Of a DNA stretch of 64,000 bases, positions 34,150-48,019 are shown in pieces. Under the pieces are notes generated by a model, which worked only from the letters and a program-made list of their open reading frames with translations, was not told where the DNA came from and ran no database searches. The translations under genes and the position numbers were made by a program. Origin of the DNA: Mobula hypostoma (taxonomy: Eukaryota); assembly GCF_963921235.1 (NCBI RefSeq), contig NC_086108.1, forward strand, positions 23,002,001 to 23,066,000, written 5' to 3'. Every line of letters starts with the position of its first letter. Within the stretch, counting starts at the first letter, position 1.

Positions 34150-34875
34150 ATCAAAACTATGGTCTCCTTACCAGGAGGTCACCATCTGTGATGATTGGAA
34201 ATAATATCTCCTCCTCACTTACAATCAACACAGGCACACCTCAAGGATGCATGCTTAACCCACAGCTCTGTTCTCTCTACACTCATGACCGTGTGGCTAG
34301 GCACAGCTCAAATGTTACCTATAAGTTGCCTGATGACACAACTATTGTTGGCAGACAAATGGTGATGAAAAGGCATACAGGAGTGAGATAGATCAGCTGG
34401 TTGAGCAGTATCACAACAACCTTGCACTCAATGTCAGCAAAGCCAAGGAATTCATTGTGAAATTGATTGTAATGGGGAAGTCGAGGGAACACACACCAGT
34501 CCTCATCAAGGGATCAGCAGTGGAGAAGGTGAGCAGTTTCAAGTTCCTGGATATCAACATCTCTGAGATCTATCCTGGGCCCAATATATTGATTCAATTA
34601 CAAAAAAGGCATGACAGCAGCTATATTTCTTTAGGGTTTGAGGAGACTTGGTATGTCATCAAAGACTCACAAATTTCTATAGATCTATGGTGAACAGCTT
34701 TCTAACTGGTTTTAGCACCGTCTGGTATGGAGGGGCCACTGTGCAGAACCAGAAAAAGCTGCAGAAAGTTATAAACTCAGCCGCCTCCGTCGTGGGCACT
34801 AGCCTCCCCACCAACAAGAAGCATTTCACAACAAATTTCACAACATACACCAGTGATATTAAACCTGATTCTGAT
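34150..34875 (+). mobile_element. Rex1/Babar 3' fragment
   Basis: NTGTPQGCMLNPQLCSLYT, KLPDD, NFYRS..FLTGFSTVWYGG; tail aaacctgattctga. Confidence 0.8.
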
Positions 34876-35479
34876 GCTGATCTTTGCAGCTTCCCCTTTC
34901 TTTTCTGTCAGTGACCTAGCCTCCACAGCCGTTTGTGGCAACAAATTCCACAGATTCCCTACCCTTTGGCTGAAGACATGTGGCCTCAGATCCTAGATTC
35001 TTCTACTAATGGAAACATCCTCTGGACAATTACTCTATCGAGTGTTTGAGTATTTGGTAAGTTTCAATGAGATCTCCCCTCTTCTTTCTGAAATCCATTG
35101 AGTAGAGGACTAGAATTCACATGTTTGCCTATTAACAGCCTAGTTGTCACCAGTAGCAATAGTGTAGAGATAAAGAGGATTAATGAGCACAATATCAAAA
35201 TCACTAATACTGCTGACTGATGATGGTCAGAGAAATATGCCTCAAGTATCAACAATGTACCGTAGAAAGATGTTTAGATGTTGAAAACCTAGTCTGCCAG
35301 ACTTGGGAAGTACCGGGTAGTCAGTTGTTTCTGATGCAAAGGTTGGGTAGATGAATGTGGAGAGGGTATTTTCATTGGCTGGAGGGACTAGGATCTGAGA
35401 GTGTAACAGTTTCCCATTATGGTCAGAGAGTGAAGCTGCCGATTAGAATACCCAAATAGCTACAAAAAGTACAATCCTG

Positions 35480-36520
35480 TTTTGGGAAGGTCAGACAAAA
35501 GAATCAAAAGTGGATTGGATGCACCCCATTACCTAAGGCTTCTGGAGCAAAGGCAGATGTGTTTGAAAATAAGTACACCGATGTTAAGGGTTATAAAGCC
35601 TGCACATGCATTAAGCCAAATGCCAAGCCAATTTACTGTAAGCCTGGTCTAATAACATTAGAGGCTGAAGCAAAGGAGGAGTTGTATGCACTTGAATGAT
35701 ACAATTGTAACACCCTGGAAAGGTTTCACTGGTAACGTAATGGTTTTTCTGTAGCAGCAGTGTTTGGGTTATGACTAGAGATAACAGGGGCTTTGGATTG
35801 TGCGCCTTCCAATGAAGGGAGTGGTTTCTTTCTTGTTGTGTGCCTGAGACCCAGGTGATCTGGGTCTTTGGTTCAGCGGAAGATGGGAAGAGAAGATGCC
35901 CGAAAGGAGCGGTCGTAGACACCAGAAAGGAGTGAACTTGGAGTGGGGCCGGGAGTCGACGAAGCCTGGGGAAATCGATGGAGGACCAGCGGAAGGGAAA
36001 CCGTGAGCTCCAACTTGTGAACATTAGACTGTCTCAGTAAAATGGGCCCTTTTCTTTTTGTTTTTCTTTTTTAACCCTTTAGTCAAATTAAGAATTATAA
36101 AACTAAATTGTTTAATTACATACGATGTACTGTCAGTTATTTTGTGGTACTGATATGTAATGGGGGAACCGATCACACAGCATCCACACAAACAGGAGGC
36201 TTTACACCTCAATCTCACACGTTTGGTGGGGCCAGAGGTTGTCTTCCCTAGACTTACGCAGCCGAAAGAGCCTGAGGTTTACACAACGTATCAGTCAATC
36301 CTTCTTCGAGGAATTGGGTGATGTTATTGTTTTGATGTGCACCATTGTCAAAACTGTTCAGCTTTGCAGGGACTATGTGGTAATTCTTAATTAAGTCACA
36401 GACTAATAACAATATAAACATATAATTAAGTGAGGGTAAGGAAAGCACCACAATTTAACAATTGACACCCATACCAGGTTTCATTCACTTACTAAGCTGC
36501 CTTGGCCTCAACTGACCAAA
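35480..36520 (+). mobile_element. Very decayed Gypsy pol fragment
   Basis: VKGYKA...KPNAKPIYCKP and TVQLCRDYVVILN resemble the RT N-terminus. Confidence 0.45.
35706..36283. mobile_element. Probable solo LTR
   Basis: tgtaac...tttaca termini; 4-bp flanks caat/caac. Confidence 0.6.
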
Positions 36521-36569
36521 ATATTTCGGGCCACTATGGAAAGGGAGTTTAATACTGTTAACATAACTA

Positions 36570-37070
36570 GCTCAAGTACCAAAGACACTGTAGAAAGTTA
36601 ATCTCAGGGAGAGGAGAAGTAGCCTTATGCAGAAAGAATTCCCGTTAGTTTGATAGATCCATTCTGCTCCCACGGGAAGCAGATGAAGGTAAATTTGTCC
36701 TGCTCTTGAATGTAAAGTAGGTGGTCCAGGTGTGTTTCTTCTGAGTGAAAACATGGCCCCAGTACTAATCATATTGGTGTTGGATGTTTGCTCTCTGGCT
36801 TATTGAAAGTGGTTCTAACAAGGCAGTTGTATGGCTTTAATGTCTCTTAATTCATGTGGACAGGGGTTGCTTCATAATCCAAGGTTTGTGCACGGGTTTG
36901 AACATAGTACCATCATCAGAATACATCTCCTCTTTAGATCTTATCTTGGATGGAAGGTCATAGAAGAAGCAGCTGAAGATGTTCTGTGGAATTCTGGTAG
37001 TAAGTCTCTGTGTTGAAATAAGTAACCTTCTAAAATTACAAGCATTTCCTTTGCTGGGGTACGACTCCAA
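36570..37070 (-). mobile_element. Old CR1/L2-group RT fragment
   Basis: RIPQNIFSCFFYDLPSKIRSKEEMYSDD. Confidence 0.55.
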
Positions 37071-38407
37071 CCAAATTTTTGCCCAGCTTTCTTCTTAATT
37101 TCACTATATATATACTTCTTACTGTAATTTACAGTTTTTAATATTATGTATTGCAATGTACCATGTAACAACAAATTTTGCAACATTTGCCAGTGATACT
37201 AAACCCGAATCTGATTTTGTTTCAGTTCTCCCTCGCATTTGGACAGAGGTTATGACGGGGTCTGGAGCAGTGCACCCTGCCAAAACACGGAATGATTACC
37301 CCTGCCCGCTGGTTATTGATAAAAGCTCGATGTCACCTTCCCCCCTTTTACAGGTGGTAGTGAGCGGGGGTTACTTGGATTGTATTTGCCCTTTTTGTGA
37401 AGGGGACAGCTCTCCACATTGTTCCCAGATCCCATGGATAGCTGGCCGGAGGTGTGGCTCTGTTACAGCTTCATCTTAGGGAATTGTGGCCAGAGTGCCA
37501 TTGGAACCAAGAGTCCAGTGTGCTCAGCAACGTTGATGTGCTATGCAGTGAAATGAATTGTGGGGTCCTCAGAGAGGATACAAACATTCTAAAGTCTAGC
37601 CTCTCGTCATTTCTCTTTCTCTTTCCACTATCTTCTGTGACTAAGCAGGAGTGCAGAGATTTGGTTGTAACTTTGCTTCACTTAGCTTACGCCATGCAGT
37701 GTCTGCCATTGAGCACACATGTTGTGGCTTCTAGCTGCCTCTGGTATTGTGGTAAATTGGAAAATAGGTTTATTATTGCCACATGTGCAGAGCGAAAAGA
37801 ATTATTCTGCATGATGTCCATGCACATCATTTCATCGCATTGAGGTAATCCAAGGGAAAGCAATAACAGAATGTAGGGTTAGAGCTACAGCTACAGAGAA
37901 CATGCAGTGCATGCAGGCAATAATGTGCAAGGACATGACGAGGTAGACTGTGAGGTCAAGAATCCATCTTGTCATACAAGAGGTCTGTCTGTTCAATAGT
38001 TTTGTACCAGTGGGATAGAAGCTGGCCTTTAGCCAGGTTCTCTCACCTTATTGCACCAGAGTCAGAGTAAAGATACAGTAGGGGGTGTGTTAAGCCATCC
38101 ATCAGGCTGCAATTCAATTCTGCTGATGGCCACACTCTCCTATGGATGTTGGCTTTAAGCTGCTAGAGCTACCCTGAGTCAATCCCCTTCAGCTTGGTGG
38201 CTGTGCCATGCAGCACCTGTGTAGCACACAACAACCTACTTCACAACACAAAGTTTGTAAAATTATGAGAAACGTTGCTAGAGTAGTCAGTCAAAACTCT
38301 TTTCCCCTGATGGGGGGATCAAAAAGAAGAGGACAGAGGTTTAAGAAATTTTAAAGGAGGATGTGAAAGGAATGTTTTTTATACATGAAACTGTGACATC
38401 TGGAACA

Positions 38408-40445
38408 TAAGGCATAAGATACAGCAGAAGAATTAGGCCATTTGGCCCATCGGATCTTGTCTGCCATTCCGTCATGGCAGATTTATTATTCCTCTCAAAG
38501 CCATTCTCCCATCTTCTCCCCGTAACCTTTGATGCCCTTAGTAATCCAGAACCTATCAACCCCTGATTCAAATATGCCCAATGACTTGGCCTCTAAGTCA
38601 ATAAATTCCAAAAATTCACCGCCCTGTGGATAAAGAAATTCCTCCTCATCTTTGTTCTAAAGGCACATCTTTATATTCCAAGGCTGTGCACTCTGGCCCT
38701 AGACTCCCCTGCAATAGGAAACATTTTCACCAAGTCTACTCTATCTAGGCTTTCAATATTCATTAGGTTTCAATGAGATCCCGTCATTCTTCAAAGCTCC
38801 ACCGAGTACAGGCCTAGAACCATCAAATGCCCCTTATATGTTAATCCTTTCATTTCCAGGACTATTTTTGTGTACCTCCTCTAGACCCTCTCCAGTGCCA
38901 TCCTTTCTTAGATAAGGGGGCCAAAATTGCTCATAATACTCCCTGCAGTCTGACCAATGCCTTATAAAGGCTCAGTATTACATCTCAGCTTTTGTATTCT
39001 AGTTCTCTTGAAATGAATTCGAAAGGAGAATTTGCCTTCCATACCACCAACTCACCATGCCGGTTTACCTTTAGGGAATCCTGCACAAGCATTCCCAAGC
39101 TCCTTTTACACCTCTGATTTTTGAGTTTTCTCCTCATTTAGAAAATACACCTTTATTCCTTCCACTGAAGTGTGTCACCATACATTTCCTTGCATCATAT
39201 TCCATCTGCCACTTCTTTGCCCATTGTTGTAATCCGTCCAAGTCCTTCTGTAGACTCCCTGCTTCCTCAACACTACCTGCCCTTCCACCTATCTTTATAC
39301 CATCTTCAAAGTGAGCCACAAAGCCATCAATGACATTTAATGTGAAAGGAAGAGGTCCCAATGTTGACCCTTGCGGAACACTACTAGTCAGCGGCAGTCA
39401 AACAGAAAAGACCTCCTTTATTCCCACTCTCTGCCTCCTGTCAGTTTGCCAATCTTCTATCCATGTTAGTATCTCTCCTATAACATGGGTTGTTATCTTG
39501 CTTAGCAGCCTCGTGAGTGGCACTTGGTCAAAGGCCTGAAAATCCAAGTAAACATCCACTGGCTCTCCTTTGCCTATCTTACCTGTTAGTTCCTCTACAA
39601 ATTCCAGTAGAGCAGTATAGCACAGGACCAGCCCCTTCGGACCACAACATTCTGCAGAACCCAAAATCAAAACCCCCCAAAACTAATCCCTCCTATCTAT
39701 CTAATGTCCATATCCCGCCATCTTCCTCATATTCATGTACCTATCTAAATTTCTCTTAAAAGCTTCTAACGTATGTGTCTCTACCACCATACCAGATAGT
39801 GCATTCCAGACAGCCATCACTGGGTAAAAAACCTGCCCCCTGTCACCTTCAATGCATGCCCTGTGGTATTAGACATTTCTTCCTTGGGGAAAAGATACTT
39901 CCTGCCTACTCTATCTATGCCTCTTATAATCTTATAAATCTCCATCCAGATCTCCCCTCCACCTCTGCCACTCCAGAGAAAATAACTCAAGTTCCTTTGG
40001 CCTCTTATGATAGCACATGCCCTCTAAACCAGCCGGCATCCTGGTAAACCTCTTCTGCACCCTCTAGAGAGTCTCTACATCCTTCCTATTTGTCGGGCAA
40101 GATTTCCTCTTAAGAAAGCCATGCTGACTTCAATAGGTTTCTGTAGGTACATTTAATGTCAGAGAAATGTATACAGTATTCATCCTGAAATTCTTTTTCT
40201 TCACAAACGTCCATGAAAACAAGGAGTGTCCCAAAGAATGAATGACAGTTAAATGTTAGAACCCCAAAGCCCCCCCTAGTTCCCCCTCTCATGCATAGCA
40301 GCAGCAAATCAATGACCCCCCACTAGCAAAAAAAGCATTGGCACCCTCCACTGAGCACTCAGGCGTGCAGCAAAACATCAATAAAGACACAGACTTGCAG
40401 TACCCCAAAGACCACTCAATCACCCAGTAATTCGACATACTACAG

Positions 40446-40480
<35 letters not shown>

Positions 40481-41712
40481 AATAAGGGAAAAAGAGGTGT
40501 TCCTCGTTTCTCAGTAAGAGGGGAGACATAACAAAACAATTTGCCAATTTATGGTGTTAAAAGTCTGTTGTGTCACTTTTTCCGAGCTCAGTGCCCAAAG
40601 AAGTCGCATCTTCAGACACACAGCCAGCAGCCAGCACGCTGCTTTTAATATTCCATGTACTCCCACGACACATCAGGTGGCGGCACTGGCCTCGATTCCA
40701 CCCGTCTCCAGAACCACAAAAATCCAGCACCTTGAAGCTGCACTAGTCTCCCAGGCTGCGTCCTTGGCATATCAGAAAGCGGCTGGTCGTGAGGCCCTGA
40801 CAGTGGGTCCCATTTCCACAAAGAACCAAAGTCAGCATGTAACTCCAGGTCAGGGTCTTCAAAAGAACCTTGAAAACCAAAAAAGTAGATATCAAAGATT
40901 GAAATAGAGCTGCTTCTGAAGATGTAAGCAAAAGAGTTGACGATAGGTGCCATCATCCTAAGCTCCGTCCCCTCCAACCTTGGCTTATTTAGATTTAGAT
41001 TATGAGAACACTCAGTCCTCTTTTTATTGTCATTTAGAAATGCATACATGTATTAAGAAATGATACAATGTTTTCCGGAGTGATATCACAGAAAACAGGC
41101 TAACACTGACAGAACCACGTAATTATAACATGTAGTTACAGCAGTGCAAAGTAATACCATAATTTGATGAAGAACAAACCATGGGCATGGTAAATAAAGT
41201 CTCAAAAGTCCCCAAGTCGATCAACTCCCAAGTCCCCGATAGCAGGCGGCAAAAGTGAGAATCCCTGCCATAAACCTCCAGGCACTGTCGACTTGCTATT
41301 GCCTTGGAAGCAGCCGACCACAGCCAACACTGAGTCCATCCGTCTGAAAACTTCGAGCTTCCGACCAGCCTCTCCGATACAGCCTCCCAAGTGCCATCCT
41401 CTGCCGGGCGCCTTCGACCTCACCCCGGCCGCTGAAACACGCAAAGCCGAGGATTTTGGGGCCTTCTGCTCCAGAGATTCCGGTTACCACACAGTAGCAG
41501 CGGCAGCGAAGTGGGCATTTCAGAAGTTTCTCCAGATGTTCCTCTGTACTCTCACATCTGTCTCCATCAAATCAGAATTGTGCACAGTCCCATAACAGAC
41601 ATCACCACCAAAGTGGCCGCATGTGTGGCCGTCGCGTCGCCATCCTCTCCTCCTCCTCCTCCTAAAGTAGTAATTTATCATGTGCTTTTATCATTTATAA
41701 TGTGCTTCTAAA
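38408..41712 (-). mobile_element. CR1 LINE 3' part with three nested insertions (about 39607-40090, 40132-40975, 40990-41662)
   Basis: VYLDFQAFDQVP, GPLPF, GGRAGSVEEAGSLQKDLD; (cttatg)n tail near 38408. Confidence 0.8.
40990..41662 (-). mobile_element. Non-coding non-LTR element, family of 31647-32280
   Basis: Colinear similarity; 5' end gaggagaggatggcg; 3' (aatcta)n tail. Confidence 0.75.
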
Positions 41713-43096
41713 CATGTGAGATCCCCAGAGCAGATAACATGTCTCAGAGAGAGACGGCAGCCCCAAGCAAGGACAGGAGACACGGCAATGTGTGGGAATC
41801 ATGTCAGGAGGTCCCGAGGGTAGGGGTCTGACACAGTGAAGAAATGTTAAAAGCTGCCTGCAGGGGTAGCAGCAATTAAAGTAAAGGCACACGAGAAGGG
41901 GAAGACTGAGGAGTAGAAAGGGAACGTGTGTGTGGTTCATGAAACAAAGAGAGTAACAGAAAAACATGCCACAATAGAAATTGAAAGTGTACAGGAAGAA
42001 ACCACTAGAGCCAATTTAGTAAGATTATATGGGAGTGTGAAGGACCATTGTAACCATGTTACCATTATGAGGGACAGTGCAAAGTAGCAGCAACATATTG
42101 CTGATTGGAGAGACACAAGGTAGTCCCCTCACTGCCCACTGAAAAGTCATAATAAGGGAGCCACTTGAAAAGGCAGGGCTCGATCCCAACTGGATGGACC
42201 ACAGGTGATACTTCCGAAAAAAAAGACACCCGTGTTTGTATACAAATGCGGCAAGGAAGCCAACGGAAACACTCAGTTCAGGTTAAACCGTGTGACTTAC
42301 CTTCAGAGCAAGGTGCCAGACAGAGCAAAGAATCAATTTACTCAATAACATTGTCATTACAGAGAACTTACCCAATAAAAATAAGCCTGCTGCTTCACAT
42401 CTGACCACCTGATGGAAGTAGACCCACAGATGAAAGAGAACGGATGCACGAATGCAGAAGACAGAGAGAGAGCGTGTCAGTGAATCGCGATTGAAGTTTG
42501 AAGTGTAACGGTAACTTTGTAATGAGTGCTGGTTCTTGAAGGTAGATGATTAGTTGTGTGGATCAGAATAGAAAGATTCTGGGAAACAGGTAGGAAAGGA
42601 TCCAAGTTAAGGCAGAAACATCAAGTTCCGCAACCTCGATGGCAAGGCAGGCCGAGAGAGAGAGAAGAAATCGCACACAGCATCAGAAGGCAGACACCCC
42701 AGCTGAACACAAGAAAGCTCGGTCCTTTCAGTGGTTGAGCCAGTGATCAAAAGCACAGGCCTGGAGGGGTTGTCACCGACAAGGTGCTTGCAGCTATTCG
42801 AATAGCGACCAGCCAAAGCTCTCCTGTAGATCGATCAAAAAGACTGATTGTCAAGATCACTCTGATAATCTTCTGTCATGGCATGGAATGTGATATGTTG
42901 TCCATGAATCTGAAATGAAGTCACCTTGCTGTGACCGTGCTCACAGACAGCCACTACTTAGTTTCAGCCATCGAAAACTGAAGGGGCCAAGCTGATATCG
43001 TAACATTTCTGGAACTTTTTATTGCCATACTGCTCTGTTGTGTAGATAGCCAATTAGCAAAGTCAGGTATTGTCATCTGTGTGGCAAGACCTCACC

Positions 43097-44670
43097 CCCC
43101 TCACCGATGACCCCTTCTCCAGTCTTCAACCTTTCTCCTCTCCCTGGACACACCGTCCTGGTCTTCTGCCTGCTCTGGACTCTTTCATTGCCAGCTGCTG
43201 ATGGGACATTAACTGTCTAGAATTTAACACTCCTCTCTCCTATTCCAACCTCACTCCTTCCGAACGCTTGGCTCTCCACTCCCTCCGCACCAATCCTAAC
43301 CTCATCAAATAATGGAGTTGCTGTAGTAGTCTGGTGTACTGATCTCTATCTTGCTGAGGCCCAACGCCAACTCTCAGACACATCCTCTTACTTACCCCTA
43401 GAAAAGCACCTCACGAAGAGACACCAGGCCATTGTCTCCCACACCACCACCAACCTTATTAACTCTGGGATCTTCCATCCACTGCCAGCAACCTCATAGT
43501 TCCAGCACCCCACACCTCCCATTTCTACCACCTACCCAAGATCCACAAACCCACTTGTCCTGGTAGACCCTTTGTTTCAGCTTGTTCCTGCCCCACTGAA
43601 CTCGTATCAGCATTTTATCCCCCCCCCGGTTCAGTCCCTTCCTACCCGCATCCGTGACACCTGACATGCTGTTGATCTTTTCAAGGATTTTAAGTTCCCT
43701 AGCCCCATCATCTCATTTTTACCATGGATGACCAGTCTCTATACACCTCCATCCTCCACCAGGAAGGCCTCAGAGCTCTCGGGTTTTTTTTCTGGACACC
43801 AGATCCAACCAGTCCCCCATTACCACTACTCTCCTCTGCCTAGCGGAATCACTCTCACTCTCAATAATTTCTTGTTTGGCTCCTCCCACTCCCTTCAGAC
43901 AAAAGGAGTAGCCATGGGCACTCACGTGGGTCCTAGCTATGGCTGCCTATTTGTCGGCTACATGGAACAGTCTATGTTCCAAGCCTACATTGGTGACTAT
44001 CCCACACTTTTCCTATGCTACATCGACGACTGCATTGGTGCTGCTTCCTGCACCCATGCTGAACTCATCGACTTCATCCACTTTGCCTCCAACTTCCACC
44101 CTGCCCTCAGATTCACCTGGTCCATTTCCAACACATCCCTCCCCTTTCTTGATCTCACTGTCTCTAATTCTGGAGAAAGCTTATCCTCCACACTCTATTA
44201 CAAACCTATGGACTCTCACAGCTACCTAGACTATACCTCGTCCCACCCTGCTACTTGTAAAAATGCCATTCCATTCTCTCAGTTCCATTGTCTCTGCCAC
44301 ATCTGCTCTCAGGGTGAGGCTTTTCACTCTAGAATGAAGGAAATACTCTTCTTTTTCCTCCACCATCAACACTGCCCTCAACCACATCTCTTCCATTTCA
44401 TGCACGTCTGCTCTTACCCCAGCCACCAGCCACCCCATTAATGATAGGGTTCCTCTTGCTCTCACCTACCACCACACCAGCCTCCACATCCAGCACATAA
44501 TTCTCCGTAACTTCCGCCACCTCCAACGGAATCCCACCACCTCCAACGGAATCCCACCACCAAGCACATGTAACACACTACACACATCAAAGCAGGCCAG
44601 GCGGCATCTCTAGAAAGAGGTACAGTCGACATTTCGGGCCGAGACCCTTCATCAGGACTAACTGAAAGAA
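43097..44670 (+). mobile_element. Penelope-like element RT fragment followed by an inverted pLTR piece
   Basis: YHLPKIHKP, LTLNNF, QTKGVAMGT, CYIDDC, LPFLDL, YYKPMDSHSYLDYTSSHP; hammerhead on minus strand at 44624-44659. Confidence 0.88.
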
Positions 44671-47600
44671 GCTTCTCAGGGTTGCATATGGTGACATACT
44701 TGTGCTTCAATAATAAATTTGCTTTGAACTTTGAACTGTGGAGCTGTTGCAAAGCCAGCTAATTGTAGTTGCACACACCCAGTGCTGGATTACTGGGATC
44801 AACAGCGGGAAGCTCTACCTCCAATGATCTGTGATGGTCCTGTAATCAGCCGTAACTCAGCTGTAGCCCAATGCAGGCACAGGTGTTGCTCCTAACCAAA
44901 TGTATTCGAAGTGTGCACAATATGTATGCAGTAATACAGGCCCAGAGAGAAGCAGGTTCAACATTAAAAATGAAATCAGTTTGAATGCATTGCACTAAAG
45001 TACTGCAGAGGGCCTGACTGGAGCTTCCAACACAGCAGCTGATTGCCAGAATAATACATCAGCCAAGCCACTGTCCCAGGTCTGTGCTGCAGTAGTTCCT
45101 GCCAGCTGTGGTTGCTGGTTAATTTGCTGAGAAGCAACATATGGAGGACTTTTCATTTCACGCCAGGTTGATGCTTAGTATCGTTGGAAGGTGACAGATT
45201 AGGTTCCAACACTCAGCCAACCAGCCAGGTTTGGCGTTGTGTGTGAGTTTATAAAGCTACAACTCACCCCTTCCAACCCCCACATTGTCAGGAGGCTGTC
45301 ATCCCCTTGTATTACACTTGACTTTAATCACAAGTTTTGTAACTATAGATTAGCAGAGGCAGGCTTGCCTACCTCTGGATACAAAATACACTGGAGGTTA
45401 CTGCCAGCAGTGATCCCTGTTGCATCCAACACTTCATAATAACCATGGGAGCTGGTTTCTATTCAGAGAGCAATGTGTTAGTCAAATCCAGCAACATTAG
45501 TGAAGAGCAGCCCATTAAATGTTCAGTGTAATGGAACAAATTTCTCCTGGCCTGCTTCCTTTTTAAAATGGAATAGAGCAATTAATTATGAAAGGAGTTT
45601 CCTACAAAGTTGTCCTTTGTACACGACCACATAGGGATTTGGCATCCATTTCCTTCCTTGCCTCATCACAACCTTCCCTGAGTATACCTCTTCAATTGCC
45701 TGAAGGTTACAAACTGGTCAGGCAACGAGAGGACAAGGGCAAGGCTGAGGTCGGGATGGAGACAGAATGTGGGCAATCAGGGTAGACTGCAGCGGGGGCA
45801 AGCTTAGAAGAAATGCCGATACCAAGAGCAAGGGGAAATTGACCAAGGGAGGAGACTGAATCATGGATGGATGGCTGTAGACAGGGAGGGGAGGAAACCA
45901 CTAGCCAGAAACTTTGAGCGATGAGAGCCTGGGGAAAGGAGGACATGACTGTTAATAGTGATGGAATGGGAAGAAACATCATCAAACTCATTGTCACTTC
46001 CCTCCATGTGGTTGCTGGGACTCACGCTTCATGTGCCGTTTGACCAGGGCACTAAGCCATTTCGTTACATCTTCTCTGCTTTTAATCCAACTGATCTGTT
46101 CCAATTCAAGTTCAAGTTCAAGTTTATTGTCACTCAGCCATAGACAAGTATACCATCAAATGAAGCCACATTCCTCTGGACCAAGGTGCACAACACATAA
46201 AGTGATATTACCACAACTAAATGAACAAACAAGATACTGGAGGAACTCAGCAGGCCACTGTAAAGGTCTTACTCTGACTTCTTAACTTTTTTTTCTCCAG
46301 TCCTGATGAAGTGTTTTGGCCCAAAATGTCAACTGCTTACTCTTTTCCATGGCCTGCTGAGTTCCTCCAGCATCCTGTGTGTGTTGCTTGGATTTCCAGA
46401 ATCTGCAGATTTTCTCTTGTCTGTAATGAATTCATTTACAACTCGAGTTACAAAGTAAACAGTATAATGCTACTGGTGCTTCATAGTGATGAGACCTGGG
46501 TGTTGGCAAAGAGTTCAGTAGTCTCACAGTTTGGGTGGGGTGAAGCTGTTTTCCATCCTACCAGTGCTTGTCCTATTGCTGTGGCCCTTCCTCCTGATGG
46601 TAGGGGATCAGAGAGATTGTTGGAAGGGTGGGAGGCATTACTGACAATGTTAAGGGCCCTGAGTACACAGCATTCCCAATAAATATCTCTGATGGGTGGA
46701 AGAGAGACCCTGATGAACCTCTCAACAGTCCTGCAATCCTTTGTAGGAACTTGTAATCAGATGCCTTTCAATTCCCATACCAGACAGTGATGCAGTTGGT
46801 CAGGACATTAGCAGTGGTGCTCCTGTAACAATTGGTTAGAGTGATGGGAGGGAGCCTCACTTTCTTCGGCCTTCTCAGGAAGTGGAGATGCAGCAGTGCT
46901 TTCTTGACCAAAGAGATGGTGTTGAGGAACCAGGTGCTCTCCCAGAAATTTGGTACTGCTTACAGTCTCCACAAAAAAGTGATGAGTAGTCAACCTGCAC
47001 CTTCCTAGAGTCCACAATCATCTCTTTGGTCTTCTTCACATTGATATTGAAGTTGTTGTGCTCACACCATTCTACCAGCCATTCTAACTGCTCTCTGTAC
47101 ACCGTCTCAGTGGCATTGTTAATGAGCCCAGCCACTGTTGTGTCATCAGTGAACTTGACGATTTGGTTTGAAATGGATCTGGCAATGCACCAGCATCAGG
47201 CTGAGCACAGAGCCCTGGGAAGATGATGGAGGTGGAGGTGTTTCTGCCAACATGGACTGACGTCAAGAGGTCCAAATTTCAGTTACAAAGAGAGGTGTTG
47301 AGACCCAAAGAGGACAGTTTACCCTTCAACTTCTGATCATATTAAATGCTAAGCTGAAGTTGATAAGCAGTATCCTGGTTCACAAGGGGCCACTTTCCAC
47401 GTGGGGCAGGATGGAGTGGAGTACAAAGGCCCTATCATCAACAGTGGACCGACTTGAGTGATAAGCAAATTAGAAAGTGTCCATTGTAGCAGAAAGATGG
47501 GATTTAATGTGATCCATGACCAACCACTCAAAGCACTTTATTATCGTTGAGGTCAGTACCACTGGACAGTGGTCATGTCGCTCTCTTTGGAACTGGGATG

Positions 47601-47855
47601 GTGGCGACCACCTTGAAGTATGCAGCAACAGTGGACTGTTCCAGGGACGTGGTGAAGGTGTCTATTGAACCTCTGTTATCTGGGCTGCACAGTCCTCAGC
47701 ACCTGACCAGATATGTTATCAGGTCCTGCAGCTTTACATAGGTTCAAAATCAGAATCAATTTTGATATCTCTGGCATATGTCATGAAATTTGTTGTTTTG
47801 CAGCAGCAGTACAATGCAATGTAGAATAATAAAAAATTATAAATTACATTAAGTA

Positions 47856-48019
47856 CGAGGGTGATGGATAAGTTTGTGGCCTAAGGTAGAAGGAGATGAG
47901 TTATACAGCTCTCGTTACATTCACATGCAGTTCAACTCTTTGAGTGATTATGCAGAAAGTTTGATGTTAATAACTCATCTCCTTCTACCTTAGGCCACAA
48001 ACTTATCAATCACCCCTTG
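47856..48019. mobile_element. Tc1/mariner-type MITE
   Basis: ~47-bp TIRs (cgagggtgatggataagtttgtggcctaaggtagaaggagatgagtta / taactcatctccttctaccttaggccacaaacttatcaatcaccccttg); TA on both sides. Confidence 0.88.

Noticed and set aside
37454..37843. SRCR-domain exon (DVLCSEMNCG)
   Set aside because: Only one short motif; the other conserved Cys/Trp/Gly positions are missing
41714..43096. Possible long solo LTR (tgtgag...ctcac)
   Set aside because: No TSD or second copy found; boundaries unsupported
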